This document shows positions 16,057 through 24,667 of a stretch of DNA of 37,009 nucleotides, piece by piece. Below the pieces are notes generated by a model. That model worked only from the letters and a program-made list of their open reading frames with translations, searched no databases and was not told where the DNA came from. The translations under genes were made by a program, and so were the position numbers. Position 1 is the stretch's first letter, and each line of letters begins with the position of its first letter. Source of the stretch: an uncultured Caulobacteraceae bacterium (GTDB taxonomy: Bacteria; Pseudomonadota; Alphaproteobacteria; Caulobacterales; Caulobacteraceae). The DNA is taken from the NCBI GenBank assembly GCA_937952995.1, contig CALFYB010000445.1, positions 1 through 37,009 on the forward strand, written 5' to 3'.

Positions 16057-17496
16057 TCAAGGGTTGTGGCGATCCAATGCCTTCGCCCATCGGTCGTCTA
16101 AACCATAGATATCATGACGAAAGTTGATCACTCCGGCCGGATCGACCCATGCGGTCCAATAGGCCAATAGGATCGTCACCGGAGATTTCAATCGTATGAT
16201 CTGGGGGGTGTTCGTTTCCAACACAGCGTCTGTTTGGGCGCTCGTCCAGCCGCGCCTATCGTCGGCTAAGAGACGGTTGGCCAATTCGAGGGGCCTTTCC
16301 AGTCGCACACATCCAGAGCTGAAGGCGCGGGCGGGGCTGGAAAACAGGCTCTTGGCCGGGGTGTCGTGCAAAAATACCGAATAGGGATTGGGAAAGAGAA
16401 ACTTGACCCGTCCCATGGCGTTGTCTGGGCCCGGTGCCTGTTGAAGGCGGTAGGGCAGGGGCCCTGTCCAATCAACGCGGCGAGGGTCGATCGGCCTTCC
16501 CGTCTGGTCGGTGACCAGCAGCCCACGTTGAGCAATAAAGCCGGGATCTTTCGCCGCCGCCGGGGCGATGTCTTCTTTCAGGATGGTCGGGGGCACGGTC
16601 CAGGTCGGGTTTAAGACGATCTGATCGATCGCTGATCGCAATTGCGGCGTCTGACGAAAGGGCTTGCCCACCTGAACCCGTGATCGCCAGACGACCGACT
16701 GGTCTTCGACCAGATAGGCTTCAAACCCTGCGATATTGATGATGACGAACCGCGCCGGTAGGTCCGCCATCAATGACCTTGCCCGGTCCATATTGACCCG
16801 CAACTGAACGATCCTCTGCGCCACGGGGCGGTTGAGCTCGGTTACGACTGCAGGGGTCACCAGGCCGTTATGTGCTAGGCCCATGCGCTGCTGAAAGCCG
16901 ATAACGGCCTCTTTCAAGGTTTCGTCGAACAGGGTGGGATCGGGCCTAGGCCCCCTGAGATCACCGCTCATCTCAAGCCTAGCGGTCAACTGTGCCACTC
17001 TTGGATCACGTGTACCGATTGAAAGGGTCGCGCCCTTGCCCACGATAGGCCAGCCCCCGTCGGCCTCAATTTTGCGCAGACGGGCCAACTCTATGACCAG
17101 CGACCTATAGAGAGGGTGGGACGGCGCAGCATCCTCAACCGCCTTCGACAGATCCAATGCCTCAGAAGCGTTGATGATCAGCGTCTGGTCGGCGGGCGTT
17201 GGACCATTGGGACTATAGCGCTGAGGGTTGACCTTGCCGCGATGCAGATGCGTGACGAGCAAGGCCAGCGCTTCGTTAGCCGCACGGTCGCGCTCGGGTC
17301 CCGGATGACTTCGCAGACGAACAAGGTCGCTGAGATGGTAGTCTTCTGGCGTCAGGCCGTGATGGCTGGCTCCTTCAACCGCTGCCTCCAGCGTTCTGAA
17401 GCGAGCCTCATCATCCCACCTTGGCTGTCCCCATGCCGAGCCCAGACCATGAGCCACCAGAACGGCCACGAACACCAAGGACCTGACGGGGCTCAC
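16057..17496 (-). CDS. L,D-transpeptidase with peptidoglycan-binding domain (YcbB/LdtD-like)
   Basis: Sec signal peptide. PG_binding_1-like 'LKEAVIGFQQRMGLAHNGLVTPAVVTELN'. YkuD active site 'VFLHDTPAKSLFSSPARAFSSGCVRLE'. Confidence 0.85.
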   Translation of the reverse strand: MSPVRSLVFVAVLVAHGLGSAWGQPRWDDEARFRTLEAAVEGASHHGLTPEDYHLSDLVRLRSHPGPERDRAANEALALLVTHLHRGKVNPQRYSPNGPTPADQTLIINASEALDLSKAVEDAAPSHPLYRSLVIELARLRKIEADGGWPIVGKGATLSIGTRDPRVAQLTARLEMSGDLRGPRPDPTLFDETLKEAVIGFQQRMGLAHNGLVTPAVVTELNRPVAQRIVQLRVNMDRARSLMADLPARFVIINIAGFEAYLVEDQSVVWRSRVQVGKPFRQTPQLRSAIDQIVLNPTWTVPPTILKEDIAPAAAKDPGFIAQRGLLVTDQTGRPIDPRRVDWTGPLPYRLQQAPGPDNAMGRVKFLFPNPYSVFLHDTPAKSLFSSPARAFSSGCVRLERPLELANRLLADDRRGWTSAQTDAVLETNTPQIIRLKSPVTILLAYWTAWVDPAGVINFRHDIYGLDDRWAKALDRHNP

Positions 17497-17585
17497 GATG
17501 GTCTCTCCCCGCGCCTTCCAAGCTACGAGGTCTCCATCATCGAACCTAATCCGTCATTGCGAAAAATCGGGACAGTCTGATTTGC

Positions 17586-18899
17586 TCAGGTTGCTGGGAC
17601 GAGGGCCCGCAACTGTCGTTGACGTTGGAGGAAATAGACGCCTGCGGCTGAGACGAGAACCGCACCGACAATGCTGGTGGCATAGGCCGCTTGAATGAAG
17701 AACTGCAACCAATCGAGGCTTACGCCTCCAAAATTGCGCCACAGGAGCAGCACGACACTGCCGACATAGCCGGACGAGTCAGCAACATAGATCAAGAACC
17801 CCGCCGTCCCGATCTGTCCGCTGACTGCCACAAGCCGGTCGAACAGCATGGCGTTGAAGGGCGTGTAGCCGATATAGAGCCCAGCCCCCGCCAAAATCAT
17901 CCAGCTTAAGGGCGATAAAAGACCCGCTTGGAAGGCCAGTGTTGAGACGCCGAGCAGGATAAATCCGGCAACGATCAGGCCATGGATGACCAAGAGGGCC
18001 TTGAGATTGTCGCGCACGGTCATCACCGCCCCTAAGGCGGCGAGAGAAATGACCGCGACCGGCAATTCGCTGGCACTAAAGACGCTGGCGGTCTTGCCAA
18101 AGCCAAGGGCTGTCCAGATTTCAGCCGCAAAATTATCGCGGAAATCTCGAAAGGCCGTCAGCATCACATAGGACAGGACCAACAGGATCAGACCCGGGGC
18201 ATATTGCTTTAGGAAGGCCGAACGTTCAGCTCCATTCATTGGCGCGCGTGTTGTGCGTTGAATCTGATCCTCGATGGAGGGCTGGGGCAGCAGGCTCAAG
18301 ATCCAGACCGAAACGGCCAGTAGCGGCATAAAGACCAGACCCACTGCGGCAGGCATCCAGTATGGGCTGACATGGCCCGAGGTCATCATCAGAACACCGA
18401 TGGACTTAACCACCCCCGATGACAGGATGAAGCTGGAACAGAGCATGGCCCCCAGCACTTCAGAGACCCTTCGGCCTTCCATAAAGCCGAAGACCAATCC
18501 AAAAATCATGCCTAGCGGCAGGCCATTGAAGAATAGAGCGGCAACATTCCAAGGGGCCGGCACCAAAGCAAAGGCGACCAGCGCCAACCAAGACAGGCCA
18601 ATAAGGACTAAGATCGCTCCGGCTCTGCGCAGAGGGTCCATTTCCGCAATGACCTTGATGCCGATCATCTTGGACAGGGCGTATCCTGCGACCTGAGCTA
18701 AAACTAACGCGATCTTGTAGTCTAGGGCGAAGGTCCAGCCATCGACCGCTTCAAAGGTCGCGGCCGAGAACGGCTTGCGAAAGGCGTACATAGAAAAATA
18801 GGCGCAAAATCCCGCCAAGCCCGCGACCAGGGTAAAGACGATGGGATTGGCTTGGACCAAATATTGCCTAAGCCGCGCGTTGAATGAAGGTCTACTCAC
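17586..18899 (-). CDS. polytopic MFS-like membrane transporter (possibly DUF5690-type) divergent from the phosphonate genes
   Basis: 437 aa with ~12 hydrophobic helices and N-terminal 'YFSMYAFRKPFSAATF'. The family name is from memory only. The transporter call rests on topology and context. Confidence 0.7.
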   Translation of the reverse strand: MSRPSFNARLRQYLVQANPIVFTLVAGLAGFCAYFSMYAFRKPFSAATFEAVDGWTFALDYKIALVLAQVAGYALSKMIGIKVIAEMDPLRRAGAILVLIGLSWLALVAFALVPAPWNVAALFFNGLPLGMIFGLVFGFMEGRRVSEVLGAMLCSSFILSSGVVKSIGVLMMTSGHVSPYWMPAAVGLVFMPLLAVSVWILSLLPQPSIEDQIQRTTRAPMNGAERSAFLKQYAPGLILLVLSYVMLTAFRDFRDNFAAEIWTALGFGKTASVFSASELPVAVISLAALGAVMTVRDNLKALLVIHGLIVAGFILLGVSTLAFQAGLLSPLSWMILAGAGLYIGYTPFNAMLFDRLVAVSGQIGTAGFLIYVADSSGYVGSVVLLLWRNFGGVSLDWLQFFIQAAYATSIVGAVLVSAAGVYFLQRQRQLRALVPAT

Positions 18900-18972
18900 G
18901 GTCTAGGTCTCCGGCCAGAATGTGCAGCGCCAGATTGGGCTGTTCGGCCTCTAATGCCAAGCTGTAGCGTTT

Positions 18973-19049
18973 CTATGACAGTGACGCCCCAATAGGCTTC
19001 GGCCAATAGGCTTAGGCCAATAGGCTTAGGTTTGTCATAGTTCTGCGTT
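18973..19049. promoter_or_regulatory. inverted TGTCATAG elements (Pho-box-like half sites) bracketing the tandem repeat
   Basis: CTATGACA (18973-18980) and TGTCATAG (19033-19040) are exact reverse complements. Read toward the transporter the left element is CTGTCAT (7/7 to the Pho-box half site). Read toward the oxidase the right one is TTGTCAT-AGTT-CTGCGTT (6/7 and 4/7). Confidence 0.3.
18989..19030. repeat. 3 x 14-bp perfect/near-perfect tandem repeat CCAATAGGCTT(C/A)GG
   Basis: Read directly: CCAATAGGCTTCGG CCAATAGGCTTAGG CCAATAGGCTTAGG. It lies in the divergent intergenic region between the transporter (start 18899) and the FAD oxidase (start 19116). Confidence 0.95.
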
Positions 19050-19115
19050 AAATACAGCCACGTAAGAATCGAAACCTAGCTGCCTTTTGCCCGCCGCTGT
19101 TTGAAAGCTGTGACC

Positions 19116-20252
19116 ATGTCCGGAGCCTATGATCTTGCTGTTGTGGGTTCTGGCATTGTTGGTCTGGCCTGCGCCCTAGCGGCGGCGCGGCGTGGCAAGC
19201 GGGTCGTGGTCATTGACCGCGATGCCCAGGCCAATGGGGCTTCGGTTCGAAATTTCGGTTTCATCACTATTACCGGGCAGGAACGCGGCGACATGTGGGC
19301 CCGGGCCAAGCGCTCGCGCGACGTTTGGGTTGAGGTGGCCGGGGCCGCTGGGATCGATCTGATCCATCGCGGTCTGGTTATGGCCGTCCGCCGTCCCGAG
19401 AGCATGGCTCTGCTGGAAACCTTTCTTGAAACCGAGATGGGTCAGGGCTGCGAGATCTTGGACGCTAAGGCGCTGAAGGCCGATCACAGCTATCTGGCCG
19501 GACCCCAGCTTCTGGGCGGACTTTGGAGCCCCCATGAGGTTCGGGTTGAATCGCGCCAAGCTATTCCGGCGGTAGCGGCCTGGCTGGCCGACCATTACGG
19601 CGTGACCTTTGTTCGCCAGACCGCAGTCGTTGGGGTCGAAACCGGCAAGGTTGTCACAACCAAAGGCGCAATCGAGGCTGACTGCGTGGCGGTCTGTCCC
19701 GGTGATGACCTGATCAGCCTCTTTCCAGAGCGGGTTGCGGCCTATGGGGTGACCCGCTGTAAATTACAGATGCTCCGGCTGGCCGATCCCGGATTTAGAC
19801 TATCGGGCGCGGTCATGTCTGACCTTGGCCTCGTGCGTTATGCCGGTTATGCGGCCTTGCCAGAGGCTAAAGCTGTGCGCGCGAGGCTAGAGGCCGAGCA
19901 GGCCGCCCAACTGGCCAATGGCATTCACCTGATCGTCGTGCAAAGCGCAGATGGCAGTCTGGTCGTTGGAGACAGCCACCACTATGGCCCGACCCCCGAT
20001 CCCTTTGCCTCCGAAGCGGTCGATCGCTTGATCCTCGACGAATATGAGGCCGTATTTGGCCGTCCCGCCCCGCAGGTCCAAGAGCGCTGGACCGGAACCT
20101 ATGCGTCGGCACCGGACCGCACCGTCTTGATTGATCAGCCGTGCCAAGATGTGCGCCTGGTTATGGTGACGACGGGGGCGGGGGCTTCCACCGGCTTTGC
20201 CTTGGGTGAAGAGGTGGTCAATGAACTGTTTGGCAAGGATACGGCCCCATGA
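19116..20252 (+). CDS. FAD-dependent oxidoreductase, TIGR03364-like (phosphonate-associated DAO family)
   Basis: 'YDLAVVGSGIVGLACALAAARRGKRVVVIDR' Rossmann motif followed by 'ANGASVRNFGFI'. ~378 aa. ATGA-coupled to phnX downstream. I prefer ATG 19116 to TTG 19101. Confidence 0.8.
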   Translation: MSGAYDLAVVGSGIVGLACALAAARRGKRVVVIDRDAQANGASVRNFGFITITGQERGDMWARAKRSRDVWVEVAGAAGIDLIHRGLVMAVRRPESMALLETFLETEMGQGCEILDAKALKADHSYLAGPQLLGGLWSPHEVRVESRQAIPAVAAWLADHYGVTFVRQTAVVGVETGKVVTTKGAIEADCVAVCPGDDLISLFPERVAAYGVTRCKLQMLRLADPGFRLSGAVMSDLGLVRYAGYAALPEAKAVRARLEAEQAAQLANGIHLIVVQSADGSLVVGDSHHYGPTPDPFASEAVDRLILDEYEAVFGRPAPQVQERWTGTYASAPDRTVLIDQPCQDVRLVMVTTGAGASTGFALGEEVVNELFGKDTAP

Positions 20253-21043
20253 CCCCTAACGGCTTGAGCGATTTTGATCTGGTGATCTTTGACTGGGCCG
20301 GGACCATGGTCGATTTTGGTTGCCGCGCGCCAATCGAAGCCCTTGTCACCGCCTTTGCCAGTCGCGGTGTGGCGCTCGATGAGGCCGCGGCGCGGGTGGA
20401 TATGGGCAAGGCAAAGGCTGACCATGTTCGCGCCCTGCTCGCTCGGCCAGATGTGGCAACGGACTGGCAAGCGGCCACCGGCGCACGGCCGGTTGAGGCC
20501 GATGTCGACAGCTTAATGGTCGATCTTGGTCCTTTGATGAAAGAGGCAGCAGGCCGCGCCGCGCAGCTCATTCCGGGCGCGGCCAAGGTCGCGTGTGATC
20601 TACGGGCGGCGGGTCTCAAGGTGGCCTCGTCGACCGGCTATACCCGCGAGATGATGCAGCCGGTTTTGATCAGCGCAGCGGCCCAAGGCTATGAGCCTGA
20701 TCATCTGGTCTGCGCCGGGGAAACACCGCAAGGTCGGCCCTCGCCCTTGATGATCTACAAGACCTGCGCGGAACTGGGCGTGTGGCCCCTGTCACGGGTG
20801 GTCAAGGTCGATGATGCCGAGGCCGGTATCGCCGAAGGCCGAGCGGCGGGGTGCTTCACCATCGGACTGGCAGCGTCGGGCAATGGCATTGGCCTGTCGC
20901 TTGAGGACTATCAAGCTCTAGACCCCGCAGATCGGGAAGATCGCTTGTCGAAAGTTCGCGCCAGCCTCATGGCTGCGGGGGCAGATATGGTCATCGATAG
21001 CGTTGCCGATCTGATTTCGGCTTTGCAGAATCGAAAGTCCTAA
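20249..21043 (+). CDS. phnX: phosphonoacetaldehyde hydrolase (phosphonatase)
   Basis: HAD motif I 'VIFDWAGTMVDFGCRAP'. Schiff-base lysine context 'DMGKAKADHVRAL'. Also 'SSTGYTREMM', 'GRPSP' and 'KVDDAEAGIAEGRAAG'. It reads as colinear with characterised PhnX from my memory of the Bacillus enzyme. Confidence 0.9.
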   Translation: MTPNGLSDFDLVIFDWAGTMVDFGCRAPIEALVTAFASRGVALDEAAARVDMGKAKADHVRALLARPDVATDWQAATGARPVEADVDSLMVDLGPLMKEAAGRAAQLIPGAAKVACDLRAAGLKVASSTGYTREMMQPVLISAAAQGYEPDHLVCAGETPQGRPSPLMIYKTCAELGVWPLSRVVKVDDAEAGIAEGRAAGCFTIGLAASGNGIGLSLEDYQALDPADREDRLSKVRASLMAAGADMVIDSVADLISALQNRKS

Positions 21044-21084
21044 GCAGTGTGACCCGCAGCCATCTTTTGGCTTAGGATCTCCTG

Positions 21085-22452
21085 ATGCCCAGCCGAACCT
21101 TCCTTGAGCCTTCGCGTTCTATCGACATCATCCATGAGACAGACGTCTTGGTGGTTGGGTCGGGTCCCGGGGGACTTGCGGCGGCCTTGGCCTGCGCGCG
21201 CGCGGGGGTGCAGACAACGCTTTTGGAGCGTTATGGCTGCTTTGGTGGCAATATCACTCAGGTCGGCGTTGAGGGTTTTGCTTGGTATCGCCACCCTCAG
21301 ACCATCGACAGTGAAGGCATAGGCCGCGAGTTCGAAGAGCGGGCCAAGACTATGGGCGCGGCCATGCCTGAGCCTCAATCGATCAGCCATTCGCTCGATG
21401 CTGAAGCCTTCAAATATGTGGCCGATGTTCTGGTCGAGGAGGCCGGCGTCACGCCGATGCTGCATCGCATGTTTGTCGCCCCCATCATCGAAAATGGCGA
21501 GATCCGCGGGATCATCACCGAGAGCAAGGCTGGCCGCGAGGCGATCTTTGCCAAACGGGTCATCGATGCGACGGGCGATGCTGATATTGCTGAGCGGGCA
21601 GGGGCCTTGACCCGTAAGACGCCCAAGGCCGAAATGATGTCGGTCTCGGTCATGTTCTCCATGTGCGGTGTCAACAAGACCCGCTTTATCGAGCAGGTAA
21701 AGGCCGACCCCCAGACCTATAAGGATTGGGCGGGCAATGGCGAGTGGGACATCACGACCGATGGCAAGGAGGACGATATGTTCTCGCCGTTCCTGCGCAA
21801 GCCGTTCAAGAAAGCCTTAGAGGCGGGGCTTTTGCCACCGAACCTAGCCACCATCGCCGGAACCTGGGGCACGGTGTCGGATCAAGGTGATCTGACCTAT
21901 CTGAACATGGTGCACCTCTATCTGGATGGCACTGATCCGGACGATCTGACCATCGGTGAGATTGGCGGGCGCAAGCAGGCCATGCAGGCGGTTGAGGCGC
22001 TCAAGCATTTCATGCCCGGATGCGAGGATGCCAAGCTGCGCAATTTCGGCATGACCCTTGGCATTCGTGATACCCGCAAGATCGACGCGGCCTACAATAT
22101 GACCGGCGAAGACGTACGCGGTCAGGCCCGTTTCGACGACTCTATCGGCATATTCCCGGAATTTATCGACGGCTACGGCCTGCTGATCCTGCCGACCACA
22201 GGCCGCTATTTTCATGTGCCCTATCGCGCCATGGTTCCCAAGGGGATCGGGCACCTGCTCGTCACAGGCCGGGCCATCGGCGGGGACAAGATCAGCCATG
22301 CCGCCGTGCGCAACATGATGTGCTGCGCGGTTGCCGGGCAGGGCGCGGGCGTCGCGGCCGCTATATCCATCAAGACCGGCCAAGATTTCGACCGTCTCGA
22401 CATCGGGCTCGTTCAGGCCGAACTGCGCCGCCAGGGCGCGAGGATTGCGTAA
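21085..22452 (+). CDS. FAD-dependent oxidoreductase (FAD_oxidored/PF12831-like)
   Basis: 'DVLVVGSGPGGLAAALACARAGVQTTLLERYGCFGGN' dinucleotide-binding N-terminus, plus 'VIDATGDADIAERAG'. 455 aa. Substrate unknown. Confidence 0.75.
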   Translation: MPSRTFLEPSRSIDIIHETDVLVVGSGPGGLAAALACARAGVQTTLLERYGCFGGNITQVGVEGFAWYRHPQTIDSEGIGREFEERAKTMGAAMPEPQSISHSLDAEAFKYVADVLVEEAGVTPMLHRMFVAPIIENGEIRGIITESKAGREAIFAKRVIDATGDADIAERAGALTRKTPKAEMMSVSVMFSMCGVNKTRFIEQVKADPQTYKDWAGNGEWDITTDGKEDDMFSPFLRKPFKKALEAGLLPPNLATIAGTWGTVSDQGDLTYLNMVHLYLDGTDPDDLTIGEIGGRKQAMQAVEALKHFMPGCEDAKLRNFGMTLGIRDTRKIDAAYNMTGEDVRGQARFDDSIGIFPEFIDGYGLLILPTTGRYFHVPYRAMVPKGIGHLLVTGRAIGGDKISHAAVRNMMCCAVAGQGAGVAAAISIKTGQDFDRLDIGLVQAELRRQGARIA

Positions 22453-22453
22453 G

Positions 22454-23716
22454 ATGACCAAGAGCTCGACGCCGCCTTGGCTGATCCTTGTTTTGGCCAG
22501 TATCGCCATTGCTGGGAACTATTATGCCTATGACGCAATAGGACCGGTCGCTGATCTTTTGCGCACGCAGCGGGGGCTAAGCCAGACCGATATTGGCCTG
22601 CTCAACGCCGTCTATAGCTTGCCGAACATACCACTGGCCTTGGTCGGCGGACTCATTATCGACCGTCTTGGTGCCGCTAGAGCTGCTTTTGGTGCCGCAG
22701 TCCTGTGTTTTCTGGGCGCAGTTCTGACGGCTGTTGGGGAGCCCTATTCGGTGATGGTCACAGGGCGTTTAATTTTCGGCGTTGGTGAAGCAACGCTCCT
22801 GATTGCCCTACTCGCCGCGCTTGCCCAGTGGTTCTCATTCGGCGCGGCGGCGCTGGCCATGTCCTTATTTTTCAGTTTGGCGCGGGTCGGGTCCTATATG
22901 GCCGATATTTCACCCCGCTGGGCAGCGCCGCTCTATGAGCAGGGCTGGCAGCCACCCTTAATGTTAGCGGCGGCATTGACCGGGGTGAGCTTGATCGCAG
23001 CCTTTGTCTTGATGGGAGTTGATCGTGGAAAAACTCGGGTGGTTAATGTTGAGTCTAAGCCCGAACCCCTCAAATTAAGCGCGCTTGTTGGGTTTTCGCG
23101 ATCATTTTGGTATATTTTGGGACTGAATGTCCTGTTTGCATCGGTGTTTTTTCCATTCCGATCCACCTTCGCCATCGTCTATTTTCAAGACGCAAAGAAC
23201 CTCAGCCTGGCGGATGCGGGCCTTCTTAACAGTTGGGTCTTTTTCGCAGCGATCTTTGCCACGCCCATATTTGGCTTTGCGGCGGACCGATTTGGACATC
23301 GCACCTTGCTGCTCAGCTTGGGCGCACTGTTGATGCCGGTGACCTTCTTCATTCTGGGGGCGACGGACCTTAGCCTTTGGATCTCGACCGTTTTGATGGG
23401 GATCAGCTTTTCGGTCATTCCAGCGGTTATTTGGCCCGCGACCTCGATGCTGGTCGAACCCAAGCGTTTGGGCACAGCCTTTGGGCTGATCAATGTGCTG
23501 CAAAATCTTGGCCTGTTCGCCTGTAACTATCTGGCGGGCTGGCTCAATGACGCCAACCATGCCGGAGCGGCCAATCCGGCAGGCTATGGCCCAATGTTGC
23601 AGATGTTCGGTGCGCTGAGCCTACTGGCCTTAGTCTCGACCCTTGCCCTATGGCGACGTGAGCAAGGGCCTAACAGCCACGGCCTTGATCGTCCCGCTAT
23701 GGTGCAGCGCCCTTAA
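22454..23716 (+). CDS. MFS transporter
   Basis: The start ATG lies 1 nt after the preceding stop. ~420 aa with ~12 hydrophobic helices. The MFS-like loop 'GLIIDRLGAARA' lies between TM2 and TM3. Confidence 0.8.
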   Translation: MTKSSTPPWLILVLASIAIAGNYYAYDAIGPVADLLRTQRGLSQTDIGLLNAVYSLPNIPLALVGGLIIDRLGAARAAFGAAVLCFLGAVLTAVGEPYSVMVTGRLIFGVGEATLLIALLAALAQWFSFGAAALAMSLFFSLARVGSYMADISPRWAAPLYEQGWQPPLMLAAALTGVSLIAAFVLMGVDRGKTRVVNVESKPEPLKLSALVGFSRSFWYILGLNVLFASVFFPFRSTFAIVYFQDAKNLSLADAGLLNSWVFFAAIFATPIFGFAADRFGHRTLLLSLGALLMPVTFFILGATDLSLWISTVLMGISFSVIPAVIWPATSMLVEPKRLGTAFGLINVLQNLGLFACNYLAGWLNDANHAGAANPAGYGPMLQMFGALSLLALVSTLALWRREQGPNSHGLDRPAMVQRP

Positions 23717-24414
23717 GCGGCCTTATGTCTCTTTTGGGCCCGGGCCACGAGGCTTTGGTAAAGGCCGTCGAGGTCTTCGCGGCTAATATCCAGAGCCTCG
23801 CCATATTCGCTCAGCGCAAGGTCAATATCCTCGGGCGTTAGGCTCAAGGCGGGTGAGACAGGCTGCGCCGAGAGATGGGCGACATGCGGGAAGGACTTGC
23901 CCGTCAGATTGTTAAAAATGAGCGCGCTTGCGGTCAGCAGCACCGAATTGAGAAGCACCGGGACCAGCACAAAACCATAGCCCATCTCTGTGATTTTGGG
24001 CCCGCCGAGAACGGCGATCAAGGCAATGGCACCGCTCGGTGGATGGACGCATCGCAAGACTGTCATCAGGCCCAAGGCGGCGGCGACCGCAAGGGGGGCG
24101 GCCAAAAGTGGCGTGCTGACCAGATGAAATGTCGTCACGCCAACCAAAGCGGCCACCAGATGCCCGCCAATCACGGACCAGGGCTGCGCCAAAGGACTGG
24201 CTGGTAAGGCAAAGAGGAGCACGGCTGAGGCCCCCATCGGCGCAATCAACAGAGGCGCGGTTTCAACTCCGCCAACCGCGAGGGTGCTGATTATAGCGGT
24301 GGCCCCGATGCCCAAAAAAACGCCGAGGCTGGCCCGAAACCGTTCCTTGAAACCCATGGCCCAAGGTGCGGGGACGAAGCGCTTGAACCACGCGAACATG
24401 CGATTGTCGGTCAT
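23713..24414 (-). CDS. HPP family membrane protein
   Basis: Four to five TM helices and the eponymous motif 'CVHPPSGAIALIAVLG'. I chose the start at MTDNRMF (24414). Its stop shares the palindrome TTAA with the convergent MFS gene. Confidence 0.75.
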   Translation of the reverse strand: MTDNRMFAWFKRFVPAPWAMGFKERFRASLGVFLGIGATAIISTLAVGGVETAPLLIAPMGASAVLLFALPASPLAQPWSVIGGHLVAALVGVTTFHLVSTPLLAAPLAVAAALGLMTVLRCVHPPSGAIALIAVLGGPKITEMGYGFVLVPVLLNSVLLTASALIFNNLTGKSFPHVAHLSAQPVSPALSLTPEDIDLALSEYGEALDISREDLDGLYQSLVARAQKRHKAA

Positions 24415-24667
24415 CAGATGCGAGGGCCTTTGGGACGTAAAGACGAGCGTGTGCATCGTCGGCGGGCGTTTAGAGGGGCGATTGGCTCTGAGATAGGGTC
24501 AAAATCGTTACAGAGCCACCCAACAATTGGATGCCTTTAGACGGCGCGCGCGGTGAGTACGCGCCGCATTGCCGCCAATTCTTGAGCAATATCAGCGATT
24601 GAACCGAGAGCGCCACCTTATGGTTGCCCCCGTGTCGAGATCCTTTCATGTCTCTAGGAGGGGTAGT

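Noticed and set aside
24484-24517. A hairpin, GGCTCTG-N20-CAGAGCC, and repeated CCAAT/ATTGG motifs upstream of the MacB-type operon. I considered a riboswitch or sRNA.
   Set aside because: The single 7-bp stem has a large loop and I recognise no conserved riboswitch core. The CCAAT recurrences (three copies) could be chance.
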